Assembly (NCBI GenBank): GCA_963705305.1
Contig: OY970067.1
Coordinates: forward strand, 5,440,001 to 5,504,000
DNA length: 64,000 nucleotides
Direction of reading: 5' to 3'
From: an uncultured Methylomirabilota bacterium
GTDB taxonomy: Bacteria; Methylomirabilota; Methylomirabilia; Methylomirabilales; 2-02-FULL-66-22
Part shown: piece after piece, positions 17,973 to 27,401 of the stretch
How positions within the stretch are numbered: the stretch's first letter is position 1
Layout of the letters: the number at the start of each line of letters is the position of its first letter
Made by a program: the position numbers and the translations under genes
Notes under the pieces: generated by a model
Database searches by the model: none
Told to the model about the DNA's origin: nothing
Seen by the model: only the letters and a program-made list of their open reading frames with translations

Positions 17973-19022
17973 ATGCGGCGACTCGGGGAGATGTCCGCCC
18001 TCCAGAGCTGCCTTTCCCAATGGCGCGCGCGGTCCGGAGCTCCAGGTGTCTCGGCGGCCGTGCGGCTGAACGGCCGCCCGCACTGGACAAGCTCGGATTC
18101 GGGGGACGGCGTCCTCGCGGGGGGCGCCCGGTTCCCCATCTACAGCATCACCAAGACCCTGACCGCCATCTGCGTCCTGCATCTCTGGGAGACCGGGCCG
18201 CTGGAGATCGCCGATCCCGTCCGAAAGTGGCTTCCCGATGTTCGCATCCCGCACGACATCACCCTGGTCCATTTGATGCGCCATACCAGCGGATTGGGCG
18301 ACTACGGCCCCCTTCCCGAATATCACCAGGCGCTGCGTTCGCAGCCGGGCGTGCCGTGGAGCCGTCAGTAGTTCCTCGATGCGGTCCTCGCGCAGGGCAG
18401 GCTCTTCCCGCCCGGCGGCGGGTGGGCCTACTCGAACGTCGGGTACCTGCTGCTCGTTCAGGTGCTGGAGCGCGCAACGGGCAGGCCCTTTGCGGACATC
18501 TTGAGGGAAATCGTATTCGCCCCCTTGGACCTGCACCACACGTTTCTTCTCGAAGGAATCTCGGATTGGTCGACCTGCGTTCCGGGATACGGGTCCGAGG
18601 TCGACAGGGACGGCCGGGTGGTCGATGTCCGCAGCGTCTACCATCCGGGCTGGTGTGCCCCGGGCGTCGCGGCGTCCAACGCGGAGGAGACCGCACAGGT
18701 GTTCGACGCCCTGTTCGCGGGGAGCGTTCTGAAGCCGGCCACCCTGCAGGAGATGCTCACGGTCGTGCTCGCTCCCGGCGTGCATCCGCCGGGGACGTCC
18801 CCGGCCTACGGCATGGGCATCATGTCGGACCGCAGTTCTCCGCATGGGGCGCAGTACGGCCACGGGGGAAACGGGCCCGGATTCGATCTGCGGGTGGCGG
18901 TGTTGCCGGAGACGCCACTCGGCCGAGTCTCGGTGGCCGCATTCGTGAACACCAGTGGCGGCCCGAGGGCCAAAGATGCCGAGGCGGCGCTCCGCGCAGC
19001 CCTGTTCGAGGGGGCCGGATGA
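17973..19022 (+). pseudogene. Serine hydrolase (beta-lactamase family) with in-frame TAG at 18369-18371
   Basis: SITK (SxxK), LMRHTSG, YSN, GHGG motifs in one frame across the stop. Confidence 0.8.
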
Positions 19023-19270
19023 CAAAGACGCGCGGCCGACGACAGCGGCACAACGCGGGGAGGCACGTGGATATGGCTTGCATGACGGCCCCCTTGACGA
19101 AGAGCGCGCTCTTGCAAGCGCGGTCAACATGACGGACCCGCGTGGCGTGTATCCGCTTCGCGCGGCCACCGAATTCGGTCAGGCAGGGGTTGCAGGAATC
19201 CTCCTGGGACTTGGGGCGGATGCGTCGCCCGACGGCGAGATATTTCCGACATGGGGCCGACTGCCGAGCC

Positions 19271-19413
19271 ACCCGACTCCGGCTTCCAGCTGACGACGCC
19301 CTCGCTTTGCCCAGGCTATCGTAGCCGAAACCTGGTACAATGCGTTCGCGCTCGCTCGGAGCGTAGGGGCCGTTCCATCACGGCGCCGCCCGCTCGGCCC
19401 CCGATCGTTGGCC
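19271..19413 (+). other. Degenerate attC site
   Basis: ACCCGAC tccggcttccagctgacg ... cggcgccgc...ccgatc GTTGGCC. Confidence 0.5.
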
Positions 19414-19453
19414 GCCTGGGCATCCAAACGGAAGCGAGGCAGAGAGGTTCTGA

Positions 19454-20224
19454 ATGGGGCCCAATCTGAGGATCGGGATCATTGGCGATTTCGACCCATC
19501 ATCTGTCCCTCACACGGCGACGAATGCCTCTCTTGACCACGCGGCCTCCTCTCTGGGCCTGTCCCTTGATGTCTCGTGGGTGCCGACGCCCAGCCTGGCG
19601 GACAGGCCGGCGTCCACCCTCGCGGCATTCGACGGCCTCTGGTGCTCGCCCGCCAGCCCGTACAGGAGCATGGACGGCGCGCTCGCGGGAATCCGATTCG
19701 CCCGGGAGCACGGGTGGCCCTATTTCGCCACCTGAGGCGGGTTCCAACATACTCTGGTAGAGTATGCCCGCAATGTTCTCGGCATGGAGGAAGCGGACCA
19801 CGAGGAATCGTCGCCCCAGGCGGCCACGTTGCTGATCAGCCGATTGGAGTGCTCCATCGCCGGGCAGGCCCAGACCGTTCGACTGGCGCCCGGCACCATA
19901 ACCGGACGGGCCTACGGGCGGACGGAGTCCCGGGAGGAGTTCCGGTGCAACTTCGGCCTGAACCCGAATTACCGGGAGCAGGTTTTGAGCGCGCCCCTCC
20001 GGGTTGTCGGCGTCGATGCCGCCGACGAGGTGCGGGCCGTCGAGCTGGACCGCCATCCGTTTTTCGTGGCCACGCTGTACTTGCCGCAGCTCTCGTCGAC
20101 GCCCGCAGCGCCCCACACGCTGGTGGTGGCCTTCCTGCGGGCCGCCGGTGCTTTTCGCGACGCACGGGACGGCCGCCGGCCCATCGAGCATCCCGGCGCG
20201 GCGCCAGAGCGGGCCGGTGGGTAG
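19454..20224 (+). CDS. CTP synthase C-terminal-related glutamine amidotransferase selenoprotein; UGA at 19733-19735
   Basis: FAT*GGFQH at the nucleophile-Cys position; ORFs 19454 and 19784 in the same frame; HPFFVATLYLPQ. Confidence 0.85.
19737..19771 (+). promoter_or_regulatory. Bacterial SECIS-like hairpin
   Basis: GCGGG-uuccaa-CAUACUCU-GGU-AGAGUAUG-CCCGC immediately after the UGA. Confidence 0.75.
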
Positions 20225-20341
20225 GCGGCTCTGCACTGCGCGCTCACCGGGCGCTCCACTCCGCCCGGCCTGGGGGGTTCGGCCGTGCGCAAGTGTTGTC
20301 CGGATGCATCCCTGGGGCACTGGCCGAGACGCCGGATACGC

Positions 20342-21061
20342 ATGACGCAACCGATGCTCGCCTTGCTGCCATTATTCCTTGTTCCCGCACTGTGCGCCTG
20401 CACCGCGAGGAACGTGGCCGCCCCGGCTGCGTTCCAGGGGCCGGCCCAGACGGTGTACCTCCCCGCCGCCGGCCGGGGGCCGATCGTCGTGGTGATCTCC
20501 GGCCACTCGGGGCCACACCTGTATCAAGACTTCAGCGCCAACGTGGCCCAGCTCGGCTACCTCACCGTCCTCATCAACGGCAACGACATCCTCAGCCGGC
20601 ACCAGGACGGCGCCCTGAATCTCCGGACGGTGATCGCCCGCGCCCAGGCCTCGCCCCACGCCGTGCCCGGCAAAGCCGCCGTGATCGGTCTCTCCCAGGG
20701 CGGGGGCGGCGCGCTGGCCCATGCCGCCGCCATGCCCGAGCTTGTGTCGGCCGTCATCGCGTACTACCCGCAGACCAATTGGTGGAGCGACATGCGGCTG
20801 CTGGCAGAACGCTTCCGGGTTCCCGTCCTCGTGCTGGCCGGCGTCCGCGACCGATACCACAACTGCTGCCTGATCGAATCGATGCGCCGGCTCGAAGCGG
20901 CGGCCCGAGAGCGCCAGGTGCCGTTCCAACTCGTCGAATACCCCCACGCAGGCCACGGCTTCAACCTGGCGGTGTCTGGCTATCGGAGCGAGGACGCCGC
21001 GGACGCGTGGCGCCGAACGACCGAGATGCTCGCCCGGTACCAGCCGCTGGGTGAGGGGTAA
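20342..21061 (+). CDS. Dienelactone hydrolase family alpha/beta hydrolase
   Basis: GLSQGG nucleophile elbow, LAGVRD, YPHAGHGF. Confidence 0.85.
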   Translation: MTQPMLALLPLFLVPALCACTARNVAAPAAFQGPAQTVYLPAAGRGPIVVVISGHSGPHLYQDFSANVAQLGYLTVLINGNDILSRHQDGALNLRTVIARAQASPHAVPGKAAVIGLSQGGGGALAHAAAMPELVSAVIAYYPQTNWWSDMRLLAERFRVPVLVLAGVRDRYHNCCLIESMRRLEAAARERQVPFQLVEYPHAGHGFNLAVSGYRSEDAADAWRRTTEMLARYQPLGEG

Positions 21062-21242
21062 GCTCCTCGTGGCCGACGCAGACTTGAAATTCTTGCCCCT
21101 TCAGGCCGGGGCGCGGAGGGCGCCTTCCACTCCAGGCAGTCGCACTCGGGCCTCCCACCGCCGGCGGCCCGCGCCATTGCCGTCCGCCGGCACGGTTGCG
21201 CCGCGTGAAGACCGAGTGGCGGTTGGTCAAGGGAGACACCCC

Positions 21243-21302
21243 GTGCAGTTCCTCCTGATCATCTGCCACGATGACGCCTTTTGGAACGAACTGGCCGGCT
21301 GA
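21243..21302 (+). pseudogene. Internally deleted YciI-family gene remnant
   Basis: MQFLLIICHDDAF-WNELAG*, matching the first 13 and last 6 codons of the gene at 14680. Confidence 0.75.
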
Positions 21303-21408
21303 CGGAGCATGTGGCGGCTTCGGCCGATACCCGTTGTGCGATTCGGTGCATTCCCGGACGCGCGCGATGGGCCCGCACGCCGGCGAATTCACAAGGCGGG
21401 CCGAAACA

Positions 21409-21756
21409 TTGAGCGTCATCCCTGCATTCGCTAAGACACCCAAGCCACCGTACTACGCTGTGATCTTTTCCTCGCAGCGCACCGAAGGTGACAACGGGTA
21501 CGCCAAGATGGCCGGACGAATGGTTGAACTCGCAGCCCGCCAGCCCGGCTTTCTCGGCGTTGAAAGCGTCAGAGGAGCCGATGGCTTCGGCATCACGGTC
21601 TCATACTGGGCATCCGTCGAGGCCATCGCCCACTGGAAGGCCGATGTCGAACACCTCGCCGCCCAGGAGATGGGGAGGCGGGCGTGGTATGCGCACTACG
21701 AGCTCCGGGTGGCAAAGGTGGAGCGCGCATACGCCAAGCCGCCGGCCGAACCATGA
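21409..21756 (+). CDS. Antibiotic biosynthesis monooxygenase family protein
   Basis: TPKPPYYAVIFSS, QPGFLGVES, GITVSYW. Confidence 0.85.
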   Translation: MSVIPAFAKTPKPPYYAVIFSSQRTEGDNGYAKMAGRMVELAARQPGFLGVESVRGADGFGITVSYWASVEAIAHWKADVEHLAAQEMGRRAWYAHYELRVAKVERAYAKPPAEP

Positions 21757-21963
21757 ATGTCGGCCGCCTGCCGTCGCGTGTTTGAAAGCCGTTCCCGCCG
21801 ATGGTAGTGTCCTGCCGCCAACCGGCTGCGGCACCGCCGTACGCTCTTCCGCGCGGGGCCAGGCGGCCGCCGGGCGGCTGTTTCGGAATAGTGCCCGTCG
21901 GATGAACGGTCCGTGGCGATGCGTGCGCCCATCTGTGCGGGAGAGGACTGCGGGGACGGGATC

Positions 21964-22758
21964 ATGCCGACGGAACAGGACCTGGCGCGCGCCTACGCAC
22001 TCCTCGAGGAGGATCCCCTTCGAAACGTAGTGACTCTCAAGATGCTCAATAGCCACTCGCAGGACATGAGCATTCGTCTCTTACAGGAGGGGCACGACTG
22101 GGCCCTGCTGTCGCTCCTCCCGGTTTCCGTTTCCGAGTGGGATCGCAAGACCTATCCGGATGCCAACCTCGCAGTTTTCATCGATGGGAGCAACACCGAG
22201 CTCATGGGCATCCTCTTCGACACCATTCCAAAGACAACGGTTGTGATAAAGACGGGCGACGGCTTCCTCAAACAGCGAATCGCCCGACAGCCGCACGCAA
22301 CCAGGACGACGGCGTACCTCTCCTTCACGACAGAACGCACATCTGGGAGTCGGATCCCGCATCCTGCGGTACGGCAGTCCGATGCGTACGATGAACGCGC
22401 GTGGCAGCTTTTCTTGAGGAACGGATACGGGCCGGACGAGTTGAGCCGCCATTTCCAGAATGGGGCCCGGTGGTTCAGCATCGATCGGGGCGGATCCCGG
22501 GTCGCGGTGTGCCTTGTCTTCCAGAACTACAAGCAGATCTGGGAAATAGCCGGCGTTCATACAGAGCCGGAGTTCCGAGGGCAAGGCCTTGCGCGAAGCG
22601 TCGTCTTGTCCGCCCTCGCGTATCTCGAGGTGAGAGGCCTCGTTCCGAGATATCAAGCCAGATGGAACAATCACGGTTCGATCCGTCTCGCCGAATCGTG
22701 CGGCCTTTCCGAGTTCCTCCGGGTCGACCATTTCCTCCTGCGCCCGGCTGAGCCCTAG
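21964..22758 (+). CDS. GNAT acetyltransferase
   Basis: VHTEPEFRGQGLA, NHGSIRLAESCG. Confidence 0.8.
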   Translation: MPTEQDLARAYALLEEDPLRNVVTLKMLNSHSQDMSIRLLQEGHDWALLSLLPVSVSEWDRKTYPDANLAVFIDGSNTELMGILFDTIPKTTVVIKTGDGFLKQRIARQPHATRTTAYLSFTTERTSGSRIPHPAVRQSDAYDERAWQLFLRNGYGPDELSRHFQNGARWFSIDRGGSRVAVCLVFQNYKQIWEIAGVHTEPEFRGQGLARSVVLSALAYLEVRGLVPRYQARWNNHGSIRLAESCGLSEFLRVDHFLLRPAEP

Positions 22759-22773
22759 GCGGCACTCTCACCG

Positions 22774-23893
22774 CTAGGGGACGTAGTAGACTTAATAGAC
22801 TTATTCCGTTGACCCGGCCTTCGCCATCAGTTACGCTCCACTGATGCCGCGCGGCCCACGCTTGGATGCCCCTGGGGCCCTGCACCACGTGATGGCCCGG
22901 GGAATCGAGAAAACACTGCTCTTCCGGACCGACGAGGACCGGCGCGACTTTGTCCATCGGTTGGCCGCACAGGTGGAGGCTGGAGGCGCGCACTTGCTCG
23001 CCTGGGCCCTGCTCCCCACCCACTTCCACCTCCTCCTGCGAACGGGTCCTCGCCCACTGGCCGCCCTGATGCGCCGCTTGCTTACCGGCTATGCGGCGGC
23101 CTTCAACCGGCGCCACCATCGTCATGGCCACCTGTTCCAGAATCGCTACCGATCAATCGTCGTGGAGGAGGAGCCGTACCTCCTCGAACTGGTCCGCTAC
23201 CTCCACCTCAATCCTCTGCGGGCAATGTGTGTACCCGACCTGCCTGCCCTTGAGCGCTACCCTTGGAGCGGCCACAGCGCCCTCCTTGGACGGGTCACCC
23301 GCCCCTGGCAGGCGATTGAAGAGGTCCTGAGATACTTTGGCCCAACCCCGCGTACCGCGCAGCAACGCTACGCCCAGTTCGTCGCATCGGGTGTCGCCCG
23401 GGGGCGCCGCCCCGAACTGCAGGGGGGCGGCCTCCGCCGGAGCGCCGGCGGCTGGACTGCCCTTGCAGCTCTGCGTCGTGGTCGGGAGCTTTGGAGCTTC
23501 GACGAGCGGGTCCTCGGCACCGGCCCCTTCGTGGAGCACCTCCTCACGGAAGCTGGCCGAGCCATCCAGGTCCCTTCGGCGACTGCCGCTTGGCAGGCGC
23601 TGCCACGCATCACTCAACGCGTTGCAGCCGTTTTTCAGGTCGCCGTGGGCGAACTCACCGGTGGGAGCCGCCGCCGAGAGGTGGCCAACGCACGCGCCGC
23701 GGCCGGGGCCGTGGCGGTCAGGCACCTCGGCCTGCCCGTCTCCCGGGTGGCCGCGGCTTTCGGGGTCACCAGCATGGCAATCCTCCGCGGTATCGACCGC
23801 GGTTTGGCCGCCCTTCAGGAACACGGCGTTGGTCTGGATCAGCTGGTAAAGGAAGGGCTACAATAAGTCTATTAAGTCTACTACGTCCCCTAG
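22774..23893 (+). mobile_element. RAYT-like element 2 with perfect 32-bp terminal inverted repeats
   Basis: ctaggggacgtagtagacttaatagacttatt (22774-22805) / aataagtctattaagtctactacgtcccctag (23862-23893). Confidence 0.85.
22844..23866 (+). CDS. REP-associated/IS200-like HUH tyrosine transposase with C-terminal HTH
   Basis: MPRGPRLDAPGALHHVMARGI, THFHLLL, GHLFQNRY, LVRYLHLNP. Confidence 0.9.
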   Translation: MPRGPRLDAPGALHHVMARGIEKTLLFRTDEDRRDFVHRLAAQVEAGGAHLLAWALLPTHFHLLLRTGPRPLAALMRRLLTGYAAAFNRRHHRHGHLFQNRYRSIVVEEEPYLLELVRYLHLNPLRAMCVPDLPALERYPWSGHSALLGRVTRPWQAIEEVLRYFGPTPRTAQQRYAQFVASGVARGRRPELQGGGLRRSAGGWTALAALRRGRELWSFDERVLGTGPFVEHLLTEAGRAIQVPSATAAWQALPRITQRVAAVFQVAVGELTGGSRRREVANARAAAGAVAVRHLGLPVSRVAAAFGVTSMAILRGIDRGLAALQEHGVGLDQLVKEGLQ

Positions 23894-23917
23894 ACACTCC
23901 GAGAAAGGAGGGCTGCC

Positions 23918-24985
23918 ATGATCAAACCGTATACCGCCGTCGGGCTGATCCCAACCGTGCGGGGCATCCGCAAGCGCGCCGACATCAAGCGGAACCTCGA
24001 TCACCTTGCCCATTTGGTCAAGGCGGCGGCCTGGCTGTCCAGCTTGGATTTGCCGGTCCGCTTGATCGCTTTCCCCGAAGGTGCACTCCAGGCCTTCAAC
24101 GATGAGGTCCTCGACCTGGACCACGTGCAATTTGCGCGCGAGTGCGCCGTCGACATCCCTGGGGAAGAGACCGAGGCGCTGGGTCGGATCGCAAGCATCT
24201 ACGATGCGTTTATCATGGCCCAAGCCAAGGCGCGGCATCCTGATCTCAAGGACCGCTTCTTCAATGTCGGGTTCATCCTCAACCCGAAAGGGGAGGTCAT
24301 TCTGAAGCATTACAAGGTGTCGCCGCTCTTCCCGGTTGAGCACTCCGTCTGCCCGCATGATGTCTACGACTGGTGGGTGGAAAAGTACGGCCGCACCCTT
24401 AACGCCTTCTGGCCGGTGGTGGATACAGAGATTGGCCGCCTGGGAATCATGATGGCGAACGAAGGCTCGTACCCCGAAAATGCGCGAGCGCTGGCCCTGA
24501 ACGGTGCAGAAGTGGTGTATCGGGCGTCCTATCCGCATCCGGCCACAGGCAACGAGATGTTCGAGATTCAAAGTCGGGCTCGCGCCCTAGACAACAACCT
24601 GTACATCGTGGCCCCGAACATGGGGACCTACTACCTCTTCCCTGAAGAGACCACGCCGATTGATACCTTCGGCGGGCGCTCCTTCATCATCAATTACAAG
24701 GGCCAGATTGTTGGCCGGCAGGACTACGGAGCCGGCTCAACCTACGTGGCCGGAGTGATTGACATCGAGGCGTTGCGCGATCACCGCGCCCGAGCGCAGT
24801 GGGACAACTACCTGAAGGACCTGCGCACGGAACTTTACCAGCTGCTTTACGAGCAGCCCATCTATCCGAAGAACCTGTATCTCGATCGGGAACCGATGAA
24901 GCACGCGGAGTATCGCGAGAAGGTCATTGCGCGCCAGATCCAATTGATGCACGAGCGCGGCATCTGGGTGAAGCCCGAGCGCTAG
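23918..24985 (+). CDS. Nitrilase-related carbon-nitrogen hydrolase
   Basis: LIAFPEG, HYK, DTEIGRLG..., RARALDN. Confidence 0.85.
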   Translation: MIKPYTAVGLIPTVRGIRKRADIKRNLDHLAHLVKAAAWLSSLDLPVRLIAFPEGALQAFNDEVLDLDHVQFARECAVDIPGEETEALGRIASIYDAFIMAQAKARHPDLKDRFFNVGFILNPKGEVILKHYKVSPLFPVEHSVCPHDVYDWWVEKYGRTLNAFWPVVDTEIGRLGIMMANEGSYPENARALALNGAEVVYRASYPHPATGNEMFEIQSRARALDNNLYIVAPNMGTYYLFPEETTPIDTFGGRSFIINYKGQIVGRQDYGAGSTYVAGVIDIEALRDHRARAQWDNYLKDLRTELYQLLYEQPIYPKNLYLDREPMKHAEYREKVIARQIQLMHERGIWVKPER

Positions 24986-25107
24986 GCGGCTGGCGCTGCT
25001 TTTCATCAAGGCGCCAAGAATGCCAGGGCTACAATAAGCGCAGCGCCCAGCGACCGGAGCCGCGTCAAGGGGATGTCTCTTTTTCTGTGCTCTGGGCGGG
25101 GACCCCT

Positions 25108-25665
25108 ATGACCACCGTTTCCGGCTACTTCCTGACGACCGAGCGATTGGGATTCCGCTGGTGGGTCGAAAGCGACCTCGATCTGGCGCTGGGGCTCTGG
25201 GGCGACCCGGAGGTGACACGTTTGATCGTCGCCAGCGGAACCCTCTCGAACGAGCAAGTCCGTGAGCGCCTCCAGCACGAGATCGCCACCGCCCAGTCCC
25301 ACGGGATGCAGTACTGGCCGATCTTCCTCGTGGAAGACGGCGAGCATGTCGGCTGCTGTGGACTGCGGCCGTACGATCCTTCCAGGGGCATCCTCGAAGT
25401 GGGGGTTCATATCCGTTCGGGTCACTGGAACCGCGGGTATGCCCTGGAGGCGACGCGGGCGGTGATGGCGTACGCGTTCGATACGCTCTCCGCCGCCGCC
25501 CTCTTTGCCGGCCACAACCCCACCAACGTGGGCTCCCGCCGACTGTTGACCAAGCTGGGGTTTCGATACACCCACGACGAGTTTTACGAGCCCACTGGAC
25601 TGCATCATCCATCCTATCTTCTCACCGCCGAGGAATTCGCCCGGCTGGGGGACTGCCGGCAGTAA
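25108..25665 (+). CDS. GNAT acetyltransferase (RimJ/RimL type)
   Basis: TTERLGFR, WNRGYALEA, NVGSRRLLTKLGF. Confidence 0.9.
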   Translation: MTTVSGYFLTTERLGFRWWVESDLDLALGLWGDPEVTRLIVASGTLSNEQVRERLQHEIATAQSHGMQYWPIFLVEDGEHVGCCGLRPYDPSRGILEVGVHIRSGHWNRGYALEATRAVMAYAFDTLSAAALFAGHNPTNVGSRRLLTKLGFRYTHDEFYEPTGLHHPSYLLTAEEFARLGDCRQ

Positions 25666-25863
25666 CGGATGCAGAGGCGCTGGGTGGAGCCGGCGGACCT
25701 GCCGGCGCCCTCTCCCGAAAACCCCCTTCTCCTTCCGCCTTAATGAAGTATGATTGAAGACGGTCTTCGTCCGGTACGGTAAACGCTTCGCCGGTCAAGG
25801 CTGAGGGTCCCATGTGCTGCGGCTCCGGCCTGCCCGGTAGTGTCTCGCGGAGGAATTCCGGGG

Positions 25864-26472
25864 ATGATGGATACCCGACCCGTCGGCCTCGAGGGCACGC
25901 ATGTCCGTCTCGTCCCGCTCACCCTGGATCACCACGCCGCGCTGTGCGAGGTTGGGCTGGATGAAGAGCTGTGGCGACTCACGACCTCCGCCGTGCGCAC
26001 GCCGGAGGACATGCGCCGGTACATCCAGGAGGCGCTGGATGTGCAGGCGCAGGGCAGCGCCCTTCCCTTCGCCATGCTGGACAGGCGTTCCGGGAAGGTC
26101 GCGGGCAGCACCCGCTATGCGAATATCGCGCGCGAACACCGCCGCCTGGAGATCGGCTGGACGTGGGTCGCCCGGCCGTGGCAGCGCACCGTGGTGAATA
26201 CCGAATCGAAATACCTGATGCTCACACACGCCTTCCAGGCGCTGGGCTGCATCCGGGTCGAGTTCAAGACCGACTCCCTCAACGAGACCTCTCGCCGTGC
26301 GCTCCTTCGCATCGGGGCCAAGGAAGAGGGCGTCTTCCGGAACCACATGGTCGTCCAGAGTGGGCGGTTTCGGCACTCCGTGTACTTCAGCATCATTCAC
26401 TCCGAGTGGCCGGAGGTGAAGGCCGGTCTGGAGGCGAAGATCGCCGGTTGCCCTCGGCCGCAGATCGCGTAG
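25864..26472 (+). CDS. GNAT acetyltransferase (RimJ/RimL type)
   Basis: LEIGWTW, NTESKYLML, RVEFKTD, GAKEEGVFRNH. Confidence 0.9.
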   Translation: MMDTRPVGLEGTHVRLVPLTLDHHAALCEVGLDEELWRLTTSAVRTPEDMRRYIQEALDVQAQGSALPFAMLDRRSGKVAGSTRYANIAREHRRLEIGWTWVARPWQRTVVNTESKYLMLTHAFQALGCIRVEFKTDSLNETSRRALLRIGAKEEGVFRNHMVVQSGRFRHSVYFSIIHSEWPEVKAGLEAKIAGCPRPQIA

Positions 26473-26526
26473 CCCCGTCGGACTGCGGAACCCCGCAGGC
26501 TAGGTGTGAGCCGAGCAGGTTGTCGA

Positions 26527-26730
26527 ATGGATGCTTCAACGCTGTTTCTCGGATTGATCTTCGGTTCCGTTGGGGCTGGGTATTTCATCTATGGGAAGAG
26601 GCAGCAAAGGATCATGGCCCTGGTGTCGGGGATAATACTCTGCGCAATTCCCTACGTCGTATCGAGCGTAGCTGTGCTGACTATCGCGGGTCTTGTCGCT
26701 GCAGCACTGCCCTTCTTCATCAAAAGCTGA
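26527..26730 (+). CDS. Small membrane protein
   Basis: LIFGSVGAGYFIYGKRQ, hydrophobic helices. Confidence 0.7.
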   Translation: MDASTLFLGLIFGSVGAGYFIYGKRQQRIMALVSGIILCAIPYVVSSVAVLTIAGLVAAALPFFIKS

Positions 26731-26927
26731 CGTTCCTGGGACTGCTCTGCAATGACCGCGCGCCGATCCGCCTGCGGGGGATCGGCTTGAAGGGACGGGG
26801 TGACCATGGGGACCGGTCAACGACGATTCGTTGCGCAATGCCTCATCATCCATCTTCCGCTCGCGAGCCCCCACCACCGTGTGTCCGTCAATTGCGCGCC
26901 GAGTGACATCTGTCCAGGAGGCCAGCC

Positions 26928-27401
26928 ATGGCTGATCACAGCACGTCTGAAGGTTCGTCGTCCCGGGTCCTGTTTGGGTGGATCGCCGGGTTCTTCGCCA
27001 CACTGATTTTCCACCAGTTGACGCTGGGGCTGTTGTGGGAGATGGGACTCGCTCCCTTCGCGCCGTACGGCATGGCCGCCAGCCACCCCTTCGGCGTTCC
27101 GGCGGTCCTCTCCCTGGCGTTCTGGGGCGGGGTCTGGGGCATTGTGTTCGCCCTGGTCGACGGGAAGTTCCCTCGCCATGCCGGCTACTGGGTGACGGCG
27201 TTTGTATTCGGCGCCATCTTTCCGTCGCTGGTGGCGCTGCTGGTGGTGGTGCCGCTCAAGGGCGGCCCGATCGGAGGGGGCTGGCACCTCTTCCTCTGGG
27301 CGAGGGCGTTTCTCATTAACGGCATGTGGGGCATCGGCACCGGGGTATTCCTGAGCCTGTTGAGAGGCTGGTTCGGCAAACTGCGCCCCGCAACTGCCTG
27401 A
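26928..27401 (+). CDS. Hypothetical membrane protein
   Basis: About four TM segments; PFGVPAVLSLAFWGGVWG; GGAGG RBS. Confidence 0.75.
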   Translation: MADHSTSEGSSSRVLFGWIAGFFATLIFHQLTLGLLWEMGLAPFAPYGMAASHPFGVPAVLSLAFWGGVWGIVFALVDGKFPRHAGYWVTAFVFGAIFPSLVALLVVVPLKGGPIGGGWHLFLWARAFLINGMWGIGTGVFLSLLRGWFGKLRPATA

